The notes under the pieces were generated by a model, which worked only from the letters and a program-made list of their open reading frames with translations, ran no database searches and was not told where the DNA came from. This document shows positions 38,074 to 50,400 of a DNA stretch of 64,000 nucleotides, piece by piece (the first letter of the stretch is position 1; each line of letters begins with the position of its first letter). The position numbers were made by a program, and so were the translations under genes. Location of the stretch: the NCBI GenBank assembly GCA_965112735.1, contig OZ218951.1, positions 3,720,001 through 3,784,000 on the forward strand, written 5' to 3'. This stretch comes from Phaeosaccion multiseriatum (lineage: Eukaryota; Protista; Ochrophyta, other classes).

Positions 38074-41021
38074 TCCGTCAGCGGCTGAAACATGGGAGAG
38101 ATGGGAGAAAGGTGGTCAGTACCGATGAGATAATCGAGGGAGTAGCGGCTGAGGCCGTCGGGGATGATGTTCTTCGCCCCTTCGACGTGCTCGACGTTGA
38201 GGCTGCACTGCGCTCCGATCTCCAAAAGGCCCACCAGTCCTGCCAGACCATTGGAAATGTCACTGTTGGCCGCTCCCTGGTGCTCAATCCACGAGAGGGA
38301 GCTGTGATTCAGACCGGGAGGTACCAGTCTAGCAAAAGCACGACTTCTAACAAGCCCTAATGCTAGAAGTCGAACCCCCCCCCCCACCGCACATAGTGGA
38401 GAGAAGTAACTCGCAGTCTGGGAATCAGACTAATGGGTGCCAGCCGGTACCAGTTTTCGCCGAAAAACACACTTTTTTCACAAGCTACAGCCAGGATTCG
38501 AACTCGCAATGGCCTTGTTAGAAGTCGTGCTTTTGCTAGACTGGTACCTCCCGGTCTGAATTCAGAGGGTAGGTACCAGTCTAGCAAAAGCACGACTTCT
38601 AACAAGGCCATTGCGAGTTCGAATCCTGGCTGTAGCTTGTGAAAAAAGTGTGTTTTTCGGCGAAAACTGGTACCGGCTGGCACCCATTAGTCTGATTCCC
38701 AGACTGCGAGTTACTTCTCTCCACTATGTGCGGTGGGGGGGGGGGGTTCGACTTCTAGCATTAGGGCTTGTTAGAAGTCGTGCTTTTGCTAGACTGGTAC
38801 CTACCCTCTGAATTCAGACCGGGAGGTACCAGTCTAGCAAAAGCACGACTTCTAACAAGCCCTAATGCTAGAAGTCGAACCCCCCCCCCCACCGCACATA
38901 GTGGAGAGAAGTAACTCGCAGTCTGGGAATCAGACTAATGGGTGCCAGCCGGTACCAGTTTTCGCCGAAAAACACACTTTTTTCACAAGCTACAGCCAGG
39001 ATTCGAACTCGCAATGGCCTTGTTAGAAGTCGTGCTTTTGCTAGACTGGTACCTACCCTCTGAATTCAGACCGGGAGGTACCAGTCTAGCAAAAGCACGA
39101 CTTCTAACAAAGCCCTAATGCTAGAAGTCGAACCCCCCCCCCCCACCGCACATAGTGGAGAGAAGTAACTCGCAGTCTGGGAATCAGACTAATGGGTGCC
39201 AGCCGGTACCAGTTTTCGCCGAAAAACACACTTTTTTCACAAGCTACAGCCAGGATTCGAACTCGCAATGGCCTTGTGTTAGAAGTCGTGCTTTTGCTAG
39301 ACTGGTACCTCCCGGTCTGAATTCGCAATGGCCTTGTTAGAAGTCGTGCTTTTGCTAGACTGGTACCTACCCTCTGAATTCAGACCGGGAGGTACCAGTC
39401 TAGCAAAAGCACGACTTCTAACACAAGGCCATTGCGAGTTCGAACCCTGGCTGTAGCTTGTGAAAAAAGTGTGTTTTTCGGCGAAAACTGGTACCGGCTG
39501 GCACCCATTAGTCTGATTCCCAGACTGCGAGTTACTTCTCTCCACTATGTGCGGTGGGGGGGGGGGGTTCGACTTCTAGCATTAGGGCTTGTTAGAAGTC
39601 GTGCTTTTGCTAGACTGGTACCTCCCGGTCTGAATTCAGAGGGTAGGTACCAGTCTAGCAAAAGCACGACTTCTAACAAGGCCATTGCGAGTTCGAATCC
39701 TGGCTGTAGCTTGTGAAAAAAGTGTGTTTTTCGGCGAAAACTGGTACCGGCTGGCACCCATTAGTCTGATTCCCAGACTGCGAGTTACTTCTCTCCACTA
39801 TGTGCGGTGGGGGGGGGGGGGTTCGACTTCTAGCATTAGGGCTTGTTAGAAGTCGTGCTTTTGCTAGACTGGTACCTCCCGGTCTGAATTCAGAGGGTAG
39901 GTACCAGTCTAGCAAAAGCACGACTTCTAACAGCTGGTGTTGTCCCCTCTGACCAAGACGCCAGCGAGACAGAAGCTGGCTGGGTCGTGCAGCCAAAAAG
40001 TGCAGATGCCCACCACAATCACTGCCATCTCGAGGTCGTTGATGGAGATGAGCTGTGGAGACGCCTGGTGAGCAGCCCGTACCTCCGGAGGCCACTCCCA
40101 CTGCGCGAAAAGTCCTGCTGCCTCCCACACAATGCCTCCCCCCCTGATAGCCCCCTCTGAGTCCACCCACACTGCTGCATCTCCATCCAATACGATATCC
40201 GGGACTCGCTTCACCATCAATTCTAAAGGGCGGACCAAGACGGAGGGATCTTTCACCCCCCAATCTAAAAGATCCCGCCACCGCTGCAGGTCGAAGTGCG
40301 CTTGAGAGGAGAGCGTGATGCGAGCGTGGGGCGAGAAGCCGCAGTGTCGAGTGAGGTTGGTGAGCTGGCGGAGCATGTAGCGACCGGGCCCTACGCAGTA
40401 GCTCATGCTCCGGAGTTTCCCGATGACAGACTGGAGCTCCTTCAGCGAGCAAAAATGTCGCTCTGGCCCCCACTCAGCCAAAAGAATCTGCAGCTCCTCC
40501 AGCTTATCGGGGCGGAGCGAAGCAGTCCCCCGCACAGTGTCAATCATGATGCCCAAGACCCGCTGGCAGGAGAGCCAGCTCCCCTCCACGCCGTGCTTCT
40601 CGAGGTTGATGCAGGAGGGGACATGAGGGTGCTCCCCCGGCCAGCTGAAGAGGTTATAGTGCGTAGAAAGTATGAGGGCACTCAGCCGCAAGGCCCCTGT
40701 GCCGCGCTGGAGGGCGGGGACGTCCCGAGGGACCGCCCAGACAGCGATAGTGTCGTCTCCGTGGCAAGCCGCCGATTGTTGAGCTGCCGAAACCGCCGCC
40801 GTCGGAGCACCTCGCATTTTCCGCCGTTGGCATTTCTGCTCCTCCACTTGTACAAGCTCGAGGCCGGGGATGCGGCCATTGCAGCACGAGGGGATGACAA
40901 TCTCCGCCGCGAGTGGAGTAGCAAGGATGACGGCAACGATGCTCTGGGCCAGCACGAAGTAGAAGGCAGGAGAGGAGCAGGGGCCGAAAGAAAAAACCTT
41001 TTGCCCGGTGAGAGCTCCATA
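37929..41021 (-). pseudogene. Truncated RT-RNase H, copy 3, split by the insertion at 38305-39931
   Basis: N-terminal part at 39932-41021 (ends VRGDNTS) and C-terminal part at 37929-38304 (SSLSWIEHQG...). Confidence 0.88.
38305..39931. repeat. Concatemer of six ~160-bp cores (orientation F,R,F,F,R,R) separated by a 93-bp imperfect palindrome centred on GAATTC
   Basis: Centres at 38558, 38810, 39062, 39319 (broken), 39376, 39632 and 39886. Flanked by duplicated AGCTG (38300-38304 and 39932-39936). Confidence 0.92.
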
Positions 41022-41496
41022 CTACACCAGGCTAAGGGTCTCTAACTTCTACTAGATGCGTGTGCGTAGCGCAAGCCCTTGCAACTGTTAGCATTGGGGG
41101 CACATCTTGTGTTTGCAACTGTTAGCATGACACAAGTAAGCACACAGTATCTTCACCCTCACAAGAGAAGCAGTCGGGCCCTACTGCGATCCTTGCTTTC
41201 CTACACCACCGTCTCTACTCTCCTCCCTGCTTGCCCACACCCCCGCGTACCTGCTCTCGATCTCCTTCAATCACGGTAGGGTGGCGAGTGCAGCAGGGCT
41301 CCTCCTCTTCTGAGCTCGAGCAGCAGAGAACACTGCTTTTCCATCTGCTGCCATATATATTTCTATCCTAAACCCCCCTCGGGGTCCACACACGCGCCCA
41401 CGCTCCACACCCTACCCCTCGGCTCTCAATACCCTGTTTCTCCGTCGACTCCACTCTGCGAGAACAGAACTTCCGTGGCTCCGCTGCTGAAGCAGC

Positions 41497-44400
41497 GGGG
41501 TTTTGAGGCCATGCTTAGTCCCACTTGACGCCGTCACGGTCAGTGATTGCCTCGCTCAAGCTGCTCGAGCTCTCCCAGTGCCTCGCGCAGGCATTTTGTG
41601 TGCATCAATGGCTCCGTCGAGGCTGCTTGGGCCCCGCAAATGCCCACTTCTCCCTCAGCAAAGGGCCAGATTGGGGGTTTTGCATGAGGCCATGCTTAGT
41701 CCCATTTGACGCCGTCACGGTCAGTTATTGCCTCGCTCAAGCTGCTCGAGCTCTCCCAGTGCCTCGCGCAGGCATGTTGTGTGCATCAATGGCTCCGTTC
41801 AGGCTGCTTGGGCCCCGCAAATGCCCACTTCTCCCTCAGCGAAGGGCCAGATTGGGGGTTTTGAGGCCATGCTTGGTCCCATTTGCCGCCGTCACGGTCA
41901 GTGATTGCCTCGGTCAGGCTGTTTGAGCTTGGTCAGTGCCTCGCGCAGGCATGTTGTGTGCATCAATGGCTCCGTCGAGGCTGCTTGGGCCCCGCAAATG
42001 CCCACTTCTCCCTCAGCGAAGGGCCAGATTGGGGGTTTTGAGGCCATGCTTAGTCCGATTTGGCGCAGTCACGGTCAGTGATTGCCTCGGTCAGGCTGTT
42101 TGAGCTTGGTCAGTGCCTCGCGCAGGCATGTTGTGTGCATCAATGGCTCCGTCGAGGCTGCTTGGGCCCCGCAAATGCCCACTTCTCCCTCAGCGAAGGG
42201 CCAGATTGGGGGTTTTGAGGCCATGCTTAGTCCCACTTGACGCCGTCACGGTCAGTGATTGCCTCGGTCAGGCTGTTTGAGCTTGGTCAGTGCCTCGCGC
42301 AGGCATGTTGTGTGCATCAATGGCTCCGTCGAGGCTGCTTGGGCCCCGCAAATGCCCACTTCTCCCTCAGCGAAGGGCCAGATTGGGGGTTTTGAGGCCA
42401 TGCTTAGTCCGATTTGGCGCAGTCACGGTCAGTGATTGCCTCGGTCAGGCTGTTTGAGCTTGGTCAGTGCCTCGCGCAGGCATGTTGTGTGCATCAATGG
42501 CTCCGTCGAGGCTGCTTGGGCCCCGCAAATGCGCACTTCTCCCTCAGCGAAGGGCCAGATGGGGGGTTTTGAGGCCATGCTTAGTCCCACTTGACGCCGT
42601 CACGGTCAGTGATTGCCTCAGTGAGGCTGTTTGAGCTTGGTCAGTGCCTCGCGCAGGCATGTTGTGTGCATCAATGGCTCCGTTCAGGCTGCTTGGGCCC
42701 CGCAAATGCCCACTTCTCCCTCAGCGAAGGGCCAGATTGGGGGTTTTGAGGCCATGCTTGGTCCCATTTGGCGCCGTCACGGTCAGTGATCGCCTCGGTC
42801 AGGCTGTTTGAGTTTGGTCAGTGCTTCGCGCGGGCATGTTGTGTGCATCAATGGCTCCGTTCAGGCTGCTTGGGCCCCGCAAATGCCCACTTCTCCCTCA
42901 GCGAAGGGCCAGATTGGGGGTTTTGAGGCCATGCTTGGTCCCATTTGGCGCCGTCACGGTCAGTGATTGCCTCGGTGAGGCTGTTTGAGCTTGGTCAGTG
43001 CCTCGCGCAGGCATGTTGTGTGCATCAATGGCTCCGTTCAGGCTGCTTGGGCCCCGCAAATGCCCACTTCTCCCTCAGCGAAGGGCCAGATTGGGGGTTT
43101 TGAGGCCATGCTTGGTCCCATTTGGCGCCGTCACGGTCAGTGATCGCCTCGGTCAGGCTGTTTGAGTTTGGTCAGTGCTTCGCGCGGGCATGTTGTGTGC
43201 ATCAATGGCTCCGTTCAGGCTGCTTGGGCCCCGCAAATGCCCACTTCTCCCTCAGCGAAGGGCCAGATTGGGGGTTTTGAGGCCATGCTTGGTCCCATTT
43301 GGCGCCGTCACGGTCAGTGATTGCCTCGGTGAGGCTGTTTGAGCTTGGTCAGTGCCTCGCGCAGGCATGTTGTGTGCATCAATGGCTCCGTTCAGGCTGC
43401 TTGGGCCCCGCAAATGCCCACTTCTCCCTCAGCGAAGGGCCAGATTGGGGGTTTTGAGGCCATGCTTAGTCCCACTTGACGCCGTCACGGTCAGTGATTG
43501 CCTCGCTCAAGCTGCTCGAGCTCTCCCAGTGCCTCGCGCAGGCATTTTGTGTGCATCAATGGCTCCGTCGAGGCTGCTTGGGCCCCGCAAATGCCCACTT
43601 CTCCCTCAGCGAAGGGCCAGATGGGGGGTTTTGAGGCCATGCTTAGTCCGATTTGGCGCAGTCACGGTCAGTGATTGCCTCGGTCAGGCTGTTTGAGCTT
43701 GGTCAGTGCCTCGCGCAGGCATGTTGTGTGCATCAATGGCTCCGTCGAGGCTGCTTGGGCCCCGCAAATGCGCACTTCTCCCTCAGCGAAGGGCCAGATG
43801 GGGGGTTTTGAGGCCATGCTTAGTCCCACTTGACGCCGTCACGGTCAGTGATTGCCTCAGTGAGGCTGTTTGAGCTTGGTCAGTGCCTCGCGCAGGCATG
43901 TTGTGTGCATCAATGGCTCCGTTCAGGCTGCTTGGGCCCCGCAAATGCCCACTTCTCCCTCAGCGAAGGGCCAGATTGGGGGTTTTGAGGCCATGCTTAG
44001 TCCCACTTGACGCCGTCACGGTCAGTGATTGCCTCGCTCAAGCTGCCCGAGCTCTCCCAGTGCCTCGCGCAGGCATGTTGTGTGCATCAATGGCTCCGTC
44101 GAGGCTGCTTGGGCCCCGCAAATGCCCACTTCTCCCTCAGCGAAGGGCCAGATTGGGGGTTTTGAGGCCATGCTTAGTCCGATTTGGCGCAGTCACGGTC
44201 AGTGATTGCCTCGGTCAGGCTGTTTGAGCTTGGTCAGTGCTCGAGCTCTCCCAGTGCCTCGCGCAGGCATGTTGTGTGCATCAATGGCTCCGTCGAGGCT
44301 GCTTGGGCCCCGCAAATGCGCACTTCTCCCTCAGCGAAGGGCCAGATGGGGGGTTTTGAGGCCATGCTTAGTCCCACTTGACGCCGTCACGGTCAGTGAT

Positions 44401-47400
44401 TGCCTCGGTGAGGCTGTTTGAGCTTGGTCAGTGCCTCGCGCAGGCATGTTGTGTGCATCAATGGCTCCGTTCAGGCTGCTTGGGCCCCGCAAATGCCCAC
44501 TTCTCCCTCAGCGAAGGGCCAGATGGGGGGTTTTGGGGCCATGCTTGGTCCCATTTGGCGCCGTCACGGTCAGTGATTGCCTCGGTGAGGCTGTTTGAGC
44601 TTGGTCAGTGCCTCGCGCAGGCATGTTGTGTGCATCAATGGCTCCGTTCAGGCTGCTTGGGCCCCGCAAATGCCCACTTCTCCCTCAGCGAAGGGCCAGA
44701 TTGGGGGTTTTGAGGCCATGCTTGGTCCGATTTGGCGCCGTCACGGTCAGTGATTGCCTCGGTGAGGCTGTTTGAGCTTGGTCAGTGCCTCGCGCAGGCA
44801 TGTTGTGTGCATCAATGGCTCCGTTCAGGCTGCTTGGGCCCCGCAAATGCCCACTTCTCCCTCAGCGAAGGGCCAGATTGGGGGTTTTGAGGCCATGCTT
44901 GGTCCGATTTGGCGCCGTCACGGTCAGTGATTGCCTCGGTGAGGCTGTTTGAGCTTGGTCAGTGCCTCGCGCAGGCATGTTGTGTGCATCAATGGCTCCG
45001 TTCAGGCTGCTTGGGCCCCGCAAATGCCCACTTCTCCCTCAGCGAAGGGCCAGATGGGGGGTTTTGAGGCCATGCTGGGTCCCATTTGGCGCCGTCACGG
45101 TCAGTGATTGCCTCGGTGAGGCTGTTTGAGCTTGGTCAGTGCCTCGCGCAGGCATGTTGTGTGCATCAATGGCTCCGTTCAGGCTGCTTGGGCCCCGCAA
45201 ATGCCCACTTCTCCCTCAGCGAAGGGCCAGATTGGGGGTTTTGAGGCCATGCTTAGTCCCACTTGACGCCGTCACGGTCAGTGATTGCCTCGGTGAGGCT
45301 GTTTGAGCTTGGTCAGTGCCTCGCGCAGGCATGTTGTGTGCATCAATGGCTCCGTCGAGGCTGCTTGGGCCCCGCAAATGCCCACTTCTCCCTCAGCAAA
45401 GGGCCAGATTGGGGGTTTTGCATGAGGCCATGCTTAGTCCCATTTGACGCCGTCACGGTCAGTGATTGCCTCGCTCAAGCTGCTCGAGCTCTCCCAGTGC
45501 CTCGCGCAGGCATGTTGTGTGCATCAATGGCTCCGTTCAGGCTGCTTGGGCCCCGCAAATGCCCACTTCTCCCTCAGCGAAGGGCCAGATTGGGGGTTTT
45601 GAGGCCATGCTTGGTCCCACTTGACGCCGTCACGGTCAGTGATTGCCTCAGTGAGGCTGTTTGAGCTTGGTCAGTGCCTCGCGCAGGCATGTTGTGTGCA
45701 TCAATGGCTCCGTCGAGGCTGCTTGGGCCCCGCAAATGCGCACTTCTCCCTCAGCGAAGGGCCAGATGGGGGGTTTTGAGGCCATGCTTAGTCCCACTTG
45801 ACGCCGTCACGGTCAGTGATTGCCTCGGTGAGGCTGTTTGAGCTTGGTCAGTGCCTCGCGCAGGCATGTTGTGTGCATCAATGGCTCCGTTCAGGCTGCT
45901 TGGGCCCCGCAAATGCCCACTTCTCCCTCAGCGAAGGGCCAGATGGGGGGTTTTGGGGCCATGCTTGGTCCCATTTGGCGCCGTCACGGTCAGTGATTGC
46001 CTCGGTGAGGCTGTTTGAGCTTGGTCAGTGCCTCGCGCAGGCATGTTGTGTGCATCAATGGCTCCGTTCAGGCTGCTTGGGCCCCGCAAATGCCCACTTC
46101 TCCCTCAGCGAAGGGCCAGATTGGGGGTTTTGAGGCCATGCTTGGTCCGATTTGGCGCCGTCACGGTCAGTGATTGCCTCGGTGAGGCTGTTTGAGCTTG
46201 GTCAGTGCCTCGCGCAGGCATGTTGTGTGCATCAATGGCTCCGTTCAGGCTGCTTGGGCCCCGCAAATGCCCACTTCTCCCTCAGCGAAGGGCCAGATGG
46301 GGGGTTTTGAGGCCATGCTGGGTCCCATTTGGCGCCGTCACGGTCAGTGATTGCCTCGGTGAGGCTGTTTGAGCTTGGTAAGTGCCTCGCGCAGGCATGT
46401 TGTGTGCATCAATGGCTCCGTCGGGGCTGTTTGGGCCCCGCAAATGCCCACTTCTCTCTCAGCGAAGGGCCAGATTGGGGGTTTTGAGGCCATGCTTGGT
46501 CTTATTTGGCGCCGTCACGGTCAGTGATTGCCTCGGTGAGGCTGTTTGAGCTTGGTCAGTGCCTCGCGCAGGCATGTTGTGTGCATCAATGGCTCCGTTC
46601 AGGCTGCTTGGGCCCCGCAAATGCCCACTTCTCCCTCAGCGAAGGGCCAGATTGGGGGTTTTGAGGCCATGCTTAGTCCCACTTGACGCCGTCACGGTCA
46701 GTGATTGCCTCGGTCAGGCTGTTTGAGCTTGGTCAGTGCCTCGCGCAGGCATGTTGTGTGCATCAATGGCTCCGTCGAGGCTGCTTGGGCCCCGCAAATG
46801 CCCACTTCTCCCTCAGCAAAGGGCCAGATTGGGGGTTTTGCATGAGGCCATGCTTAGTCCCATTTGACGCCGTCACGGTCAGTGATTGCCTCGCTCAAGC
46901 TGCTCGAGCTCTCCCAGTGCCTCGCGCAGGCATGTTGTGTGCATCAATGGCTCCGTTCAGGCTGCTTGGGCCCCGCAAATGCCCACTTCTCCCTCAGCGA
47001 AGGGCCAGATTGGGGGTTTTGAGGCCATGCTTGGTCCCACTTGACGCCGTCACGGTCAGTGATTGCCTCAGTGAGGCTGTTTGAGCTTGGTCAGTGCCTC
47101 GCGCAGGCATGTTGTGTGCATCAATGGCTCCGTCGAGGCTGCTTGGGCCCCGCAAATGCGCACTTCTCCCTCAGCGAAGGGCCAGATGGGGGGTTTTGAG
47201 GCCATGCTTAGTCCCACTTGACGCCGTCACGGTCAGTGATTGCCTCGGTGAGGCTGTTTGAGCTTGGTCAGTGCCTCGCGCAGGCATGTTGTGTGCATCA
47301 ATGGCTCCGTCGAGGCTGCTTGGGCCCCGCAAATGCCCACTTCTCTCTCAGCGAAGGGCCAGATTGGGGGTTTTGAGGCCATGCTTGGTCTTATTTGGCG

Positions 47401-50400
47401 CCGTCACGGTCAGTGATTGCCTCGGTGAGGCTGTTTGAGCTTGGTCAGTGCCTCGCGCAGGCATGTTGTGTGCATCAATGGCTCTGTTCAGGCTGCTTGG
47501 GCCCCGCAAATGCCCACTTCTCCCTCAGCGAAGGGCCAGATTGGGGGTTTTGAGGCCATGCTTAGTCCCACTTGACGCCGTCACGGTCAGTGATTGCCTC
47601 GGTCAGGCTGTTTGAGCTTGGTCAGTGCCTCGCGCAGGCATGTTGTGTGCATCAATGGCTCCGTCGAGGCTGCTTGGGCCCCGCAAATGCCCACTTCTCT
47701 CTCAGCGAAGGGCCAGATTGGGGGTTTTGAGGCCATGCTTGGTCTTATTTGGCGCCGTCACGGTCAGTGATTGCCTCGGTGAGGCTGTTTGAGCTTGGTC
47801 AGTGCCTCGCGCAGGCATGTTGTGTGCATCAATGGCTCCGTCGAGGCTGCTTGGGCCCCGCAAATGCCCACTTCTCCCTCAGCAAAGGGCCAGATGGGGG
47901 GTTTTGCATGAGGCCATGCTTAGTCCCATTTGACGCCGTCACGGTCAGTGATTGCCTCGCTCAAGCTGCTCGAGCTCTCCCAGTGCCTCGCGCAGGCATG
48001 TTGTGTGCATCAATGGCTCCGTTCAGGCTGCTTGGGCCCCGCAAATGCCCACTTCTCCCTCAGCGAAGGGCCAGATTGGGGGTTTTGAGGCCATGCTTAG
48101 TCCCACTTGACGCCGTCACGGTCAGTGATTGCCTCAGTGAGGCTATTTGAGCTTGGTCAGTGCCTCGCGCAGGCATGTTGTGTGCATCAATGGCTCCGTC
48201 GAGGCTGCTTGGGCCCCGCAAATGCGCACTTCTCCCTCAGCGAAGGGCCAGATGGGGGGTTTTGAGGCCATGCTTAGTCCCACTTGACGCCGTCACGGTC
48301 AGTGATTGCCTCGGTGAGGCTGTTTGAGCTTGGTCAGTGCCTCGCGCAGGCATGTTGTGTGCATCAATGGCTCCGTCGAGGCTGCTTGGGCCCCGCAAAT
48401 GCCCACTTCTCTCTCAGCGAAGGGCCAGATTGGGGGTTTTGAGGCCATGCTTGGTCTTATTTGGCGCCGTCACGGTCAGTGATTGCCTCGGTGAGGCTGT
48501 TTGAGCTTGGTCAGTGCCTCGCGCAGGCATGTTGTGTGCATCAATGGCTCCGTTCAGGCTGCTTGGGCCCCGCAAATGCCCACTTCTCCCTCAGCGAAGG
48601 GCCAGATTGGGGGTTTTGAGGCCATGCTTGGTCCGATTTGGCGCCGTCACGGTCAGTGATTGCCTCGGTGAGGCTGTTTGAGCTTGGTCAGTGCCTCGCG
48701 CAGGCATGTTGTGTGCATCAATGGCTCCGTTCAGGCTGCTTGGGCCCCGCAAATGCCCACTTCTCCCTCAGCGAAGGGCCAGATTGGGGGTTTTGAGGCC
48801 ATGCTTGGTCCGATTTGGCGCCGTCACGGTCAGTGATTGCCTCGGTGAGGCTGTTTGAGCTTGGTCAGTGCCTCGCGCAGGCATGTTGTGTGCATCAATG
48901 GCTCCGTTCAGGCTGCTTGGGCCCCGCAAATGCCCACTTCTCCCTCAGCAAAGGGCCAGATGGGGGGTTTTGCATGAGGCCATGCTTAGTCCCATTTGAC
49001 GCCGTCACGGTCAGTGATTGCCTCGCTCAAGCTGCTCGAGCTCTCCCAGTGCCTCGCGCAGGCATGTTGTGTGCATCAATGGCTCCGTTCAGGCTGCTTG
49101 GGCGCCGCAAATGCCCACTTCTCCCTCAGCGAAGGGCCAGATGGGGGGTTTTGAGGCCATGCTGGGTCCCATTTGGCGCCGTCACGGTCAGTGATTGCCT
49201 CGGTGAGGCTGTTTGAGCTTGGTAAGTGCCTCGCGCAGGCATGTTGTGTGCATCAATGGCTCCGTTCAGGCTGCTTGGGCCCCGCAAATGCCCACTTCTC
49301 CCTCAGCGAAGGGCCAGATGGGGGGTTTTGAGGCCATGCTGGGTCCCATTTGGCGCCGTCACGGTCAGTGATTGCCTCGGTGAGGCTGTTTGAGCTTGGT
49401 CAGTGCCTCGCGCAGGCATGTTGTGTGCATCAATGGCTCCGTTCAGGCTGCTTGGGCCCCGCAAATGCCCACTTCTCCCTCAGCGAAGGGCCAGATTGGG
49501 GGTTTTGAGGCCATGCTTGGTCCGATTTGGCGCCGTCACGGTCAGTGATTGCCTCGGTGAGGCTGTTTGAGCTTGGTCAGTGCCTCGCGCAGGCATGTTG
49601 TGTGCATCAATGGCTCCGTTCAGGCTGCTTGGGCCCCGCAAATGCCCACTTCTCCCTCAGCGAAGGGCCAGATTGGGGGTTTTGAGGCCATGCTTGGTCC
49701 GATTTGGCGCCGTCACGGTCAGTGATTGCCTCGGTGAGGCTGTTTGAGCTTGGTCAGTGCCTCGCGCAGGCATGTTGTGTGCATCAATGGCTCCGTTCAG
49801 GCTGCTTGGGCCCCGCAAATGCCCACTTCTCCCTCAGCGAAGGGCCAGATGGGGGGTTTTGAGGCCATGCTGGGTCCCATTTGGCGCCGTCACGGTCAGT
49901 GATTGCCTCGGTGAGGCTGTTTGAGCTTGGTAAGTGCCTCGCGCAGGCATGTTGTGTGCATCAATGGCTCCGTTCAGGCTGCTTGGGCCCCGCAAATGCC
50001 CACTTCTCCCTCAGCGAAGGGCCAGATGGGGGGTTTTGAGGCCATGCTGGGTCCCATTTGGCGCCGTCACGGTCAGTGATTGCCTCGGTGAGGCTGTTTG
50101 AGCTTGGTCAGTGCCTCGCGCAGGCATGTTGTGTGCATCAATGGCTCCGTTCAGGCTGCTTGGGCCCCGCAAATGCCCACTTCTCCCTCAGCGAAGGGCC
50201 AGATGGGGGGTTTTGGGGCCATGCTTGGTCCCATTTGGCGCCGTCACGGTCAGTGATTGCCTCGGTGAGGCTGTTTGAGCTTGGTCAGTGCCTCGCGCAG
50301 GCATGTTGTGTGCATCAATGGCTCCGTTCAGGCTGCTTGGGCCCCGCAAATGCCCACTTCTCCCTCAGCGAAGGGCCAGATTGGGGGTTTTGAGGCCATG

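Larger units (their letters stand above)
36724..41496 (-). mobile_element. YR retroelement copy 3, interrupted by a 1.63-kb palindromic concatemer
   Basis: Same ends and flanks as copy 1; the right part lies at offset 25974. Confidence 0.93.

Noticed and set aside
38558-39891. EcoRI-ligated cloning concatemer
   Set aside because: Random ligation would also give like-with-like junction halves, but all six complete junctions are mixed; the insert is also shared with copy 2 and flanked by a short duplication.
12380-41496. Three independent insertions of the long element
   Set aside because: Identical flanking monomer variant order shows segmental duplication of one insertion.
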